IMG/VR virus record: IMGVR_UViG_3300045256_000050
Location: 62,001 to 126,000 of that record
Strand: one strand, 5' to 3'
DNA length: 64,000 nt
A program made the position numbers and the translations under genes. Under the pieces are notes generated by a model. That model made no database searches. It had not been told where the DNA came from and saw only the letters and a list, made by a program, of their open reading frames with translations. Below, piece after piece: positions 29,988 to 38,388 of the stretch. Each line of letters begins with the position of its first letter. The first letter of the stretch is position 1.

Positions 29988-30847
29988 GAATCCGAAAAGA
30001 CGAAAAGACTCGTAACAATTTCATTCGTGCAGGCGGGGTCTGGGTCCGGGACTTCACTAAACCCAACTCCATGCCCGTGACGCCGAACGCCCTGGTCCGT
30101 CCGGCCGACAAGCCGTTGATCGTGCAGAACGAGTTCCAGAACCGGGCGTTGAACATCGGCAACATCTGCGACGAGAAGTTGGTGTTCCCGAAGGTGGTCA
30201 TCATCTCCGACGGCTACTCGTTTGCCAAGCGGGTAGACTTCATCAACAGCCTGCCGAACGACGTGGCGGTCTTCGCCGTCAACCATGCGTTGAACAAGTG
30301 GCGGACGACCGGGTTCAAGAAGCCCGTAAACCTGTATGTGGTGAATAACCCGTACCCGGAGGCGACAAGCTACCTGCCGAGAAAGTCGAAATACTACCCG
30401 GCGTGCGTGGCGTCAATGCGGACCAATGCGAAGTTCCTGAAGGACTACAAGGGGACGACGTATGTGTACGAGCCGGTTCCCGAGGAAGGGTTCGGACAAA
30501 AGGGTGACAGTCTTTACTATGTTGATGACTACCGAAACCCGGTGTGTGCGGCGATTGGCCTCGCCTACCGGATGCGTGCCCAGAAGATCATGCTCGTCAG
30601 TTGCGACGAGTCATTCGGTGAGAAGAAGGACGGGGCTGAGGAATTACCGAACGGCCTCTATACCTATCCGCAGCAGTTGATGGCCCAGGAGTTGATCGAC
30701 GCCAACCTGTACTGGTTTACTAAGAAGAAGACCGGCGAGGCGAAGGCCGCAAACTACTCAGACGGCCCAGAAAACAAGCATGCTACATATATAACCCAAG
30801 ACGAGCAGGCATTGGCATTCTTTGCGGATGAAGATGAAGACGCCTAA
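29984..30847 (+). CDS. Maf / DUF115 (MptE-like) fold protein, possible glycosyltransferase
   Basis: VIISDGYS...VFAVNHAL and PVCAAIGLAYRMRAQKIMLVSCD motifs. Confidence 0.55.
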   Translation: MRIRKDEKTRNNFIRAGGVWVRDFTKPNSMPVTPNALVRPADKPLIVQNEFQNRALNIGNICDEKLVFPKVVIISDGYSFAKRVDFINSLPNDVAVFAVNHALNKWRTTGFKKPVNLYVVNNPYPEATSYLPRKSKYYPACVASMRTNAKFLKDYKGTTYVYEPVPEEGFGQKGDSLYYVDDYRNPVCAAIGLAYRMRAQKIMLVSCDESFGEKKDGAEELPNGLYTYPQQLMAQELIDANLYWFTKKKTGEAKAANYSDGPENKHATYITQDEQALAFFADEDEDA

Positions 30848-30911
30848 AGGATGTGCTGTGCGGGCCTGAATGAATGCAGTGCTTACACGGGTACATTCTT
30901 CGGAGGACTTA

Positions 30912-31244
30912 ATGAGTAACGAACGACCATCGTTTTCGCTACACGATTTCAAGAACTGGCTGTCCCAACAGAAGGATATGTCCGAGTTCTTCAACATCGA
31001 GAAACCCACCGCCTCGAAGGCAGAGGGCTTCATCGGGATGAGTGTGACCCCAAAGGTGGGGATGAAGAAGTTGCTTGAGAAGGCTCACGCCGACGACGGC
31101 GATGCGGAACAAATGGTTCACGAACTCGTCGAGGAAGGCGGCGTGATCGTTGACACGAAGGGCAAAGAACTCTTAATTGAGGTTGATTCGGGTTGTTTTT
31201 ACCTGCCCCGCTTCTGCGTCCGACTGGTTAAGGACGAGGAGTAA
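30912..31244 (+). CDS. Hypothetical protein
   Basis: ATG at 30912 after GGAGG; N-terminus contains DFKNWL. Confidence 0.75.
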   Translation: MSNERPSFSLHDFKNWLSQQKDMSEFFNIEKPTASKAEGFIGMSVTPKVGMKKLLEKAHADDGDAEQMVHELVEEGGVIVDTKGKELLIEVDSGCFYLPRFCVRLVKDEE

Positions 31245-32036
31245 CGCCTTCCACATGTCGTCCACCGAAACCCGGCTGATGCACGCCTGATCGCCGGTTT
31301 CGCAAACATCCGTGCAATACGTTAGCCCTGTCTTGCGGCTGTGACAGCCCAGACAGGGCAATTCTTTTGCCGTCACCGGCACCACGTTACTGTTGAACAC
31401 CCGAGTGTTCGGGGCCACGCTCCCGAAGAACACCACCGCCGGAGTCTCGACGGCCTGGGCGACGTGGAACGGGAACGAGTCTACCCCCACGAACGCCTTC
31501 GCATCTTTGATGATGGTCGCCAGTTCGCCGACCGTCGTCTTGTTCCTCACGTCAACGTGGCTCGGGACGAAGTGGTCGCCCTCGCCGCCCACGCACACGA
31601 TCTGGTAGCCCGCATTATACAACCGAAGGGCGAGTTCCCGCCACTCGTTCTTGCCCCACGCCCGGCCGACCCAGCCTTCCGAAACACCGGCGTGGACGAC
31701 GACGTAGTTCACCACTTCCGGCTTGTTCACCGGGTCGTTCTTGACGAACAGTTCGCAGTCCTCGACGGGAACCCCGGCCTTGTCGGCGTAGCACTTCAGG
31801 AAGTTCTCGCTCTGGCGGGCCTCGTAGGCGGCGTCCAGGTTGATGACGAGATCGAACTGTCGTTGTGGGTCCGGCTTGATGATGAAGTCCACGAACGGGT
31901 TGCCGTGGAGGGAGTGGTGGCACTCGGTAGCGAAGTAGATTCGGCAGTCCGGGTACTTCTTTTTGAGGGCGGGGCAGACGGCGGCGGCTACGAAAACGTC
32001 GCCGGTCGAACCCATTCGGTTGATGAGGATGTCCAT
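31173..32036 (-). CDS. Glycosyltransferase family 9 (heptosyltransferase-like)
   Basis: RMGSTGDV...KKKYPDCRIYF; FVGVDSFPFHVAQAVETPAVVFFG; C-terminal CxxC...C...C. Confidence 0.9.
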   Translation of the reverse strand: MDILINRMGSTGDVFVAAAVCPALKKKYPDCRIYFATECHHSLHGNPFVDFIIKPDPQRQFDLVINLDAAYEARQSENFLKCYADKAGVPVEDCELFVKNDPVNKPEVVNYVVVHAGVSEGWVGRAWGKNEWRELALRLYNAGYQIVCVGGEGDHFVPSHVDVRNKTTVGELATIIKDAKAFVGVDSFPFHVAQAVETPAVVFFGSVAPNTRVFNSNVVPVTAKELPCLGCHSRKTGLTYCTDVCETGDQACISRVSVDDMWKALLLVLNQSDAEAGQVKTTRINLN

Positions 32037-32404
32037 TACGATTCTTTCTTTCTGAGCATTGTCTTCACCACCTTACACCCGCTCGTGTTGGCCTTCGGGG
32101 CTTTGTGGATGTTGGTGAAGTGGATCATGGGGATTTCCCCCATCGGTAGATTAGTGAAACCACGGTCTTTTAGCCGCTGTCGAAGGTCGGCGTAGGAGTT
32201 GGCCGTCTCCAGGCGGGCCTCGTACATCATCTTATTTTCATTCAAGACCCGGCCGACTGCCATCTTCCACTGCGGCGGGAGTTCCAGTTCCTCCAGGCTC
32301 GCCAGCGGCGAGTTCACTTCCTTGTCCGTGTCCGCCTTGAAAGTGGTCACTATCTTGACCCCCTGTTTGGACCGACTCGCCAAGTAGAGATACAACTTTC
32401 GCAT
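32036..32404 (-). CDS. Hypothetical protein
   Basis: 122-aa ORF with GAGGAG SD, coupled to the GT9 gene. Confidence 0.75.
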   Translation of the reverse strand: MRKLYLYLASRSKQGVKIVTTFKADTDKEVNSPLASLEELELPPQWKMAVGRVLNENKMMYEARLETANSYADLRQRLKDRGFTNLPMGEIPMIHFTNIHKAPKANTSGCKVVKTMLRKKES

Positions 32405-32528
32405 TAAACAACTCCTCTAGTAGTATAGAAAGTAAATCGAAGGTGTACTTCCCGTCGGGTCCGCCGAACTGCTGGAAGAAGTCCTTCACGGTGACGGCGG
32501 CGAGTGCCGCTTTTTCTTGTTCATTCAT

Positions 32529-33185
32529 ATGATACCGTTCCCGAAATACGCCAAGATCAAAGACAACTACTGCGTGGCCTACCTGGGGCAGTGCAACGAG
32601 TACCTGTTGTTATTGAACTACTTCGTGCCCCGGCTGGAAGTGCTACACCCCGGCATCAATATCTATCTCTGCTGCCGTGACGAATATCTGCCAATTCTGA
32701 CCCACCCCCGGTCCTTCCCCATCTCCCTGCTCAAGCAGAAGAAAGAAGAACTCGTCTACGTCAAGGAGATCGTTTACGACGGGAACGGGCACCCCATCGA
32801 GAATTTCCTGACCGAGAGCGGGCTGACCAACGTCCGGGTGGACGTGACCCCGCCGCCAGTGACGACGAGGGCCGTGGTCTTGACTAAGGGCAACTTCCCG
32901 ACGACCGGCCTGAACACGCAGGAGACGGAGTGGCTGCTGATGAAGGCCCAATCGGAAGGGTTCCACCCGGAGGTAGACGTGCCGGTGGACAACGCAGGGT
33001 ACGTCCTGGGGGTGGAATGTTACGAAATGTACCGGGCCGGGTTCGCTGGGGTGCGGACGGCGTTGGTCGCTAACGGCGTTGGGACGGGGTTCTACAAAAA
33101 GTTGTTCCCCGAGTCGGAGATTTTAGAACTGGCGGGATATATAAAATCGAAGACGGGCAAAGTACCTAACACTCTTAGGAGATAA
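32529..33185 (+). CDS. Hypothetical protein, possibly a degenerate GT9-like fold
   Basis: LEVLHPGINIYLCC and YVLGVECYEMYRAGFAGVRT loosely echo GT9 motifs. Confidence 0.5.
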   Translation: MIPFPKYAKIKDNYCVAYLGQCNEYLLLLNYFVPRLEVLHPGINIYLCCRDEYLPILTHPRSFPISLLKQKKEELVYVKEIVYDGNGHPIENFLTESGLTNVRVDVTPPPVTTRAVVLTKGNFPTTGLNTQETEWLLMKAQSEGFHPEVDVPVDNAGYVLGVECYEMYRAGFAGVRTALVANGVGTGFYKKLFPESEILELAGYIKSKTGKVPNTLRR

Positions 33186-33190
33186 AGAAT

Positions 33191-33766
33191 ATGTCAGTAT
33201 TCAAGGTCAAGTTGAACAACGTCGGCCAGGGTCGTCTGGACATCGATCCGACCACGGGTGTTCCTTTTGCTACGTCGAACCAGCGTAGCATCTACGTCGC
33301 TGGTCCGGGCCGCAAGTACCGGAAGCTGCGTGACGGTGAAACCTTCACCGACAACAACTACTGGAAGCAGTTCACTGCCGAGATCGCTGGCTACGAAGCC
33401 GCTTTCATCGAGGTTGTGAGCGACGACGGTTCGGTTTACTCGGACATCCCGGAAGAGAACACGTTCGCTATTGGTCACACGTTCACGAACCTCTCGACGA
33501 GCTTCAGTGACAACGTTATCGACTTCGTTGACACCTACGGCGGTCCGGCAACGTTCCTCCAGGTCACGAACACGACTGGCTCGACCCGTTCGATCCAGGG
33601 CGAAGTCAACGGCGACACGAACGTCATCTTCACCCTCGCTGACGGCGAAACCCAGGTCTTCAACACCGGCGATGTTCGCATCACCATGTTGCGGCTCAAG
33701 GGCGTTGGCGGCACCGACGGTGACGCTCAGGTTATCGGCTCCGTCCGGTCCCTGTCCCAGAGCTAA
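33191..33766 (+). CDS. Putative abundant virion protein (beta-rich)
   Basis: Uses GGT/GCT/CGT/GTT codons as the capsid gene does; TATATAA upstream and terminator downstream. Confidence 0.6.
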   Translation: MSVFKVKLNNVGQGRLDIDPTTGVPFATSNQRSIYVAGPGRKYRKLRDGETFTDNNYWKQFTAEIAGYEAAFIEVVSDDGSVYSDIPEENTFAIGHTFTNLSTSFSDNVIDFVDTYGGPATFLQVTNTTGSTRSIQGEVNGDTNVIFTLADGETQVFNTGDVRITMLRLKGVGGTDGDAQVIGSVRSLSQS

Positions 33767-33786
33767 GTTTGACAAGACAAACAACG

Positions 33787-33819
33787 AACACCCGGCAGAA
33801 ATGCCGGGTGTTTTCTTTT
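33787..33819 (+). terminator. Rho-independent terminator
   Basis: AACACCCGGCA-GAAA-TGCCGGGTGTT followed by TTCTTTT. Confidence 0.9.
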
Positions 33820-33826
33820 ATACGGC

Positions 33827-34066
33827 ATGAACGCCGGTTACTTTTACTGCCCGTACATCCCGTTGCAAGATTCACCCACGGTTCTTGCGCCGGAGGGGAC
33901 GGAGTTCCCACAGGATGACGCCAGAACCATTAACGACATCGTGAACGGTCATGAGCGGTGGCGGTACGACGAGGACGACTACGACCCGTACTTCGATCCG
34001 GCCTCCGTGTTCTACATGGGTGGCAGTCTGCCCATCGACTTTGACTGGCTAAAGGAAGGATTCTGA
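33827..34066 (+). CDS. Small protein with gp23 C-terminal motif and DWLKEGF end
   Basis: MNAGYFYCPYIPL matches the gp23-family AG.FYCPY.PL motif. Confidence 0.65.
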   Translation: MNAGYFYCPYIPLQDSPTVLAPEGTEFPQDDARTINDIVNGHERWRYDEDDYDPYFDPASVFYMGGSLPIDFDWLKEGF

Positions 34067-35046
34067 TGAAGATTGTTACCCGACGGGTAGAGAACCGCAG
34101 GCCCGACAAGCTCCAGCGAATCATGTCCCTGGGCGACTTCGCCGAGAAGCGTAACCAAGTGCTGATTCAGCGGAACGTCGGCGGGTTGGGCGACATCTTC
34201 ATGCACCGGATGATGTTCGAAGATTTCAAGCGGGTCATGCCCGACGCCAAGATTCACTTCGCTTGCCCCCGTCAGTACCACGACGCCGTGACTGACCACC
34301 CGTTCGTGGACAAGGTACTGGACTCGGCGACGGTGGATCGGTTTCAGTACATCGTCTCGTACAACACCACCACCGCCTGTGGCCGGTACGAACTCCGTAT
34401 GTTCCCCTATTCCGGCTTGCACCGGAGCGACATCTGGGCGCAACACTGCGGGGTTCACCTGACGAACCACAACATGCACATACGCATGACGGCCGAGGAA
34501 GTCGCCTGGGGGCGAGCGAAGTTGGAGGAGAACCGGGACCGGCCGGGGCCGATTGTCCTGATGTCGCCGGTGAGTGCGATGGAGAACAAGAACCTGCTCT
34601 ACCACCAGACGGAGGGGACGGTGAAGGGGCTTTGGGAGCGGGGGAATTGTGTGATCGGACTGCACTACAACCCGCTCATGCACTTCACCAAGTTAAACGC
34701 CCCGTGTATCTACAAGCTCTCGGTTCGGCAGTGGATGAGCGTGATTGCGGCGGCGGATTACGTCGTGAGCGTGGACACGGCGGCGTTCCACTGTGCAGGC
34801 GGGATGGGGAAGCCGCTGACGGGCATCTTTACTTTCGCCGACGGGAAGGTGTACGGGCGGTATTACAAGGGGTTCGAGTTGGTTCAACGGCACCGGGACG
34901 ACGGGGATTGGGACTGCGGGCCGTGTTACGATTGGGGCCGTTGCACGAAGACGAAGGCAAACCCGAAGCCGTGCCTGACCGAGATCACTTCGGACATGAT
35001 TCTGAAGGCAACTGACAAAATGTTTGCGAAACACTCATCTAAATAA
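34066..35046 (+). CDS. Glycosyltransferase family 9 (heptosyltransferase-like)
   Basis: GGLGDI...PDAKIHFAC; VVSVDTAAFHCAGGMGKPLTGIF; C-terminal CxPC...C...C. Confidence 0.9.
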   Translation: MKIVTRRVENRRPDKLQRIMSLGDFAEKRNQVLIQRNVGGLGDIFMHRMMFEDFKRVMPDAKIHFACPRQYHDAVTDHPFVDKVLDSATVDRFQYIVSYNTTTACGRYELRMFPYSGLHRSDIWAQHCGVHLTNHNMHIRMTAEEVAWGRAKLEENRDRPGPIVLMSPVSAMENKNLLYHQTEGTVKGLWERGNCVIGLHYNPLMHFTKLNAPCIYKLSVRQWMSVIAAADYVVSVDTAAFHCAGGMGKPLTGIFTFADGKVYGRYYKGFELVQRHRDDGDWDCGPCYDWGRCTKTKANPKPCLTEITSDMILKATDKMFAKHSSK

Positions 35047-35049
35047 GAC

Positions 35050-35292
35050 ATGCCTCAGCGTATTACACCCGTGAAGGTCATGTCCGTGAGCCAGAATGGC
35101 GAGTGCCATCTGACGATCACGTTGGAGTTGAACATCAATTTGACCGCCAACGGTGAGATCGGTGCGTCACTGCAAGCTCAGGGAGAGAAGCCTATGAAAG
35201 CCCGGCCGATTCAGGAAGACGATGATGTCGAACTTACGGTCCCGGATTTCGTATCGGGTATGAAGCTGGACTTTGGTAAACAAGTGGAGTGA
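35050..35292 (+). CDS. Small hypothetical protein
   Basis: 80-aa ORF directly upstream of the actin-like gene. Confidence 0.7.
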   Translation: MPQRITPVKVMSVSQNGECHLTITLELNINLTANGEIGASLQAQGEKPMKARPIQEDDDVELTVPDFVSGMKLDFGKQVE

Positions 35293-35297
35293 AAGAA

Positions 35298-36308
35298 ATG
35301 GCTATTGGATTCGACGCCGGAACCTACAACTTGGTGTGCTGCCACCGCAACGATAAGGGAGACTTCCTTTACCGCCGGGAGGTTAACGCCTTCTTGGAAA
35401 TGCCTCTTGAGAACAAGTTCGTCTACAACATGATGAAGAAGGCAGGCGTGCCGCTGATCCTCCGGGAAGATGCGAACGTCGCCTACGCCATCGGTGAGGC
35501 CGCTGTCGAGATGGCTTACACGATGCCCCAGATCGAGCTTCGCCGCCCGATGAAGGACGGCTGTGTCAACCCGAAGGAGCGTGACGCTTTTCAAATCTTG
35601 AACATCATGGCCCACAGCCTGATCGGGGACGTTGCGGAAGACAAGACGACCCTGTACTACTCCGTCCCGGCCAACGCCGTGAACACAGAGACGGACGCTG
35701 ACTACCACCGCAAGATTCTCGACGCCATCTTCAAGGCGTACAAGAGCAAGAATGGGTACATCGTCAACGCCCACCCGATCAACGAAGCCCTCGCCCTGAT
35801 CTACGCCGAGTTGGCGAACAAGGCGTTCACGGGCATCGGCATCAGCTTCGGGGCCGGTATGGTCAACCTGTGTTACTCGATCTTCGCCGCCCCGGTGTTC
35901 CAGTTCTCGCTGGTCAACTCGGGCGACTGGATCGACAAGCAGGCCGCTAAGGCTCTCGGCGAGAGCGTGGCGTTCGTCAACAAGGAGAAGACGAAGATTG
36001 ACCTGGGCAAAGAGCCGACGAACAACACCGAGCGGGCCATCGGCACTCAGTACAAGCTCATGATCGAGAAGACCGTCGCCGGGATCAAGAAGGGTCTGGA
36101 AGACAGCAAGAAGGGTAACACCGCCGAGGCCGTTGACGTGGTGATCGCCGGTGGCACGTCGAGTCCTCCGGGCTTCGACAAGCTGTTCGAGACGGTGCTG
36201 CGTGAGGCCGAACTGCCGATCAAGATTGGCAAGGTCATCCGCCCGGCCGACCCGCTGTACAGTGTGGCCCGTGGCTGCCTCGTAGCAGCGGAGAACGCCA
36301 ATGTCTAA
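35298..36308 (+). CDS. Actin-fold ATPase (MreB/FtsA/ParM-like)
   Basis: Phosphate-1 IGFDAGT, phosphate-2-like GISFGAG, adenosine motif IAGGTS, terminal PLYSVARGCL. Confidence 0.85.
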   Translation: MAIGFDAGTYNLVCCHRNDKGDFLYRREVNAFLEMPLENKFVYNMMKKAGVPLILREDANVAYAIGEAAVEMAYTMPQIELRRPMKDGCVNPKERDAFQILNIMAHSLIGDVAEDKTTLYYSVPANAVNTETDADYHRKILDAIFKAYKSKNGYIVNAHPINEALALIYAELANKAFTGIGISFGAGMVNLCYSIFAAPVFQFSLVNSGDWIDKQAAKALGESVAFVNKEKTKIDLGKEPTNNTERAIGTQYKLMIEKTVAGIKKGLEDSKKGNTAEAVDVVIAGGTSSPPGFDKLFETVLREAELPIKIGKVIRPADPLYSVARGCLVAAENANV

Positions 36309-36717
36309 CCGTCAGATGGCGTGCCTCGTCCCGATCTTCTGTTTCGTTGTCGGCGTGGCGGTGATGCTCAGTTGTATGGTCTGGCGGGTGGTTCCACCCG
36401 TCGGCCAGCCGATGAACCAACCCGCCCCGACAGCCCCGCCCGAGTTGAAGGGCAACAGGACGGTGATGGGCCACATCAGCACTCACCGCCTGGACGCCGA
36501 CGGGTTGATGCTGATGGTGTGTACGGACCAGTCCTGTCACAACGTTAAGATCACGAACAAATCCGAGATCATCGTAACCAACCTCAACGGTCGGCGTGAA
36601 CTCCACCACTCCTACGAGTCGGTTGCGGACATCTTGAGCAAGACCAAAGACTGTAACGCCGCCGTAGGAATCAGCGGCGGGAACGTGGAGATGGTCATCA
36701 TCTACTTGCCTGAATGA
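36301..36717 (+). CDS. Membrane-anchored hypothetical protein
   Basis: N-terminal hydrophobic segment LVPIFCFVVGVAVMLSCMVW; overlaps the actin-like gene stop. Confidence 0.7.
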   Translation: MSNRQMACLVPIFCFVVGVAVMLSCMVWRVVPPVGQPMNQPAPTAPPELKGNRTVMGHISTHRLDADGLMLMVCTDQSCHNVKITNKSEIIVTNLNGRRELHHSYESVADILSKTKDCNAAVGISGGNVEMVIIYLPE

Positions 36718-36726
36718 AAGGAAACA

Positions 36727-37191
36727 ATGGCAGCTAACATGTTTGGAATCGATATGGAAGAGAGTTTCTTGGATCACGACGAAGTGGTCAAGATGCTGGA
36801 GGCGGCGGGCACCCGATGTGCCTGGGATTTCAACACGGCCCTGGGCGACACGATCCGTGAGAAGTACGAATCCCTGTACATCAAGGTTGTGGAAGTCACC
36901 AACGTCCTGATTCGTAAGGGGGCGAGCGGGTTGTTCTGGATTTGTGCCTCGCCGGAAGTCGCCTCGATCTTCGAGGTTGCGACGATGGGCTTCTACCCGA
37001 CCAGTGCGGAACAGATCGAGTTGGGCACCAAGAAGGTTTACAAGCTCGGGGTCATGCAACGCCGGTGGAGCATCTACGTTGACCCGTCGCTCGACGGCAA
37101 CAAGGTTTTGATCGGGTGTGGCGAACACAAGATGCACGAGGGCGACGAAAAGAGCTACGCCGCAATGACCGTGGCTAACTTTGTCATCTGA
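36727..37191 (+). CDS. Small protein paralogous to the C-terminal half of gp23 major capsid protein
   Basis: WICASPEVASIF...GVMQRRWSIYVDP...NKVLIG resembles gp23-family FII.S..VAS.L...G.L.G.Y.VY.D...VGYKG. Confidence 0.7.
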   Translation: MAANMFGIDMEESFLDHDEVVKMLEAAGTRCAWDFNTALGDTIREKYESLYIKVVEVTNVLIRKGASGLFWICASPEVASIFEVATMGFYPTSAEQIELGTKKVYKLGVMQRRWSIYVDPSLDGNKVLIGCGEHKMHEGDEKSYAAMTVANFVI

Positions 37192-37217
37192 TATTCACTG
37201 ATTGTCTTTCTTAACAA

Positions 37218-37258
37218 GAGCCGCAGCATTTTCGGGTGCTGCGGCTTATATATTTCTT
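37218..37258 (+). terminator. Rho-independent terminator
   Basis: GCCGCAGCA-TT-TTCG-GG-TGCTGCGGC followed by a T-rich tail. Confidence 0.8.
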
Positions 37259-37312
37259 GTCTTACACCTGGGTAACGTGTGGGACATAGGTAAAAAATGT
37301 CAAAGGCAGTCT

Positions 37313-37858
37313 ATGAATTACACCGAAACGAAGGACGTGAAATCCGAGCGCACTAAGTGCGCATCAATTCCATTCCACTCACTGAATAACATTTGGAACA
37401 TGGACGGGCGAGAAGTGCGCCTGATCTATGAGCGTGAGTTCTTGAAGCAGATGAGTGCGTTCGGCATGCCGACGCTCGTCCGTCTTCCCGTCGATCCCAA
37501 TTTCGAATATCCGTTAACGTTCGAGCAACTGGTTGCTGCCGGTGTCGAGCAGTACGTCGTCGAGGACTACAAGGGTTACTCCTGGTATCCGCACGACCTG
37601 CTGGTGTTGGCGGGTGTCGTGGCGTCGTCGGAGCCGGAAGTGGTGGAAGAGGAAGAAGAAACCTTCGAGGAACCAGTCGTCCTCACCTACGTCGAACCAG
37701 AATCTCGTGCAACCCGCTACTCTAAGTTGATCGGCGGTTGCCTGAAAAATTGGTATCGGAGTTGTGTCGCCGGGACTAGATACCTGCGAAATCATCTGGT
37801 GCAAGCCAAGCGGTTTGCCCGGAAGAAACTGAAATGCCTGTACAAAGAAAGAGAGTGA
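37313..37858 (+). CDS. Hypothetical protein with acidic stretch (start uncertain)
   Basis: ORF track 37202..37858; the track start overlaps the terminator, so ATG 37313 is preferred. Confidence 0.6.
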   Translation: MNYTETKDVKSERTKCASIPFHSLNNIWNMDGREVRLIYEREFLKQMSAFGMPTLVRLPVDPNFEYPLTFEQLVAAGVEQYVVEDYKGYSWYPHDLLVLAGVVASSEPEVVEEEEETFEEPVVLTYVEPESRATRYSKLIGGCLKNWYRSCVAGTRYLRNHLVQAKRFARKKLKCLYKERE

Positions 37859-37862
37859 AAAG

Positions 37863-38363
37863 ATGGTTGAAGAACGTACCTTTATCCACAAGTTCGTGAA
37901 CGACTTGGGCGTTGCCGCCTACCTGCTGATGCACGGGTACACCGTGATCGGGAAGAAGGCTAAGTCGATCTTCTTCGAGTGTCATAACGAAGAAGAGGCC
38001 CAGGAGTTCGATAAGATGGTTCTCGAATATCAGCCGCCAAACGAGTTCTACACGTTTGATAGCTGTCTGATGTTCTTGAAGAAGATCAACGAGCAAGTCC
38101 CTGCTCAACTGGACGATTCCATCCACAAGGTCGTCAGTGACCTGGGTGTGGCTGCGTACTTGCTAATGCACGAGTACCGGCCGAATGCGATGGGCCTGAA
38201 GGTGATCGGGAAGCGTGGTAAGCACGTTTACTTCGAGCATCCGGCTGGTCGGGGCGAGGACTTCAAGCGGCTGAGCTACGAGTATCTGCCGAGCCAGTTC
38301 CAGACCTACGACAGCAACCTCATGGCATTGAAGAAGATTGGGGAATATCTACCCGACGAGTGA
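37863..38363 (+). CDS. Tandem two-domain protein (DUF5659-like)
   Basis: Internal duplication IHKFVNDLGVAAYLLMHGY / IHKVVSDLGVAAYLLMHEY. Confidence 0.7.
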   Translation: MVEERTFIHKFVNDLGVAAYLLMHGYTVIGKKAKSIFFECHNEEEAQEFDKMVLEYQPPNEFYTFDSCLMFLKKINEQVPAQLDDSIHKVVSDLGVAAYLLMHEYRPNAMGLKVIGKRGKHVYFEHPAGRGEDFKRLSYEYLPSQFQTYDSNLMALKKIGEYLPDE

Positions 38364-38381
38364 TTTTGATCCTTTTTCGGG

Positions 38382-38388
38382 TATATAA
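38382..38388 (+). promoter_or_regulatory. Candidate late promoter box TATATAA (also at 2326, 30788, 33138, 41760, 59483)
   Basis: AT-only heptamer recurring upstream of gene starts in a GC-rich genome; resembles the T4 late promoter TATAAATA. Confidence 0.5.

Noticed and set aside
32238-32528. 96-aa minus-strand ORF MNEQEKAALAAV...
   Set aside because: It overlaps the 32036-32404 gene by 167 nt and abuts the divergent start at 32529 with no room for an SD. Its first 40 codons look protein-like, so it is not fully excluded.
37202-37312. ORF-track N-terminal hydrophobic extension of the 37313 gene
   Set aside because: It is encoded across a clear terminator hairpin and begins at a TTG with no SD.
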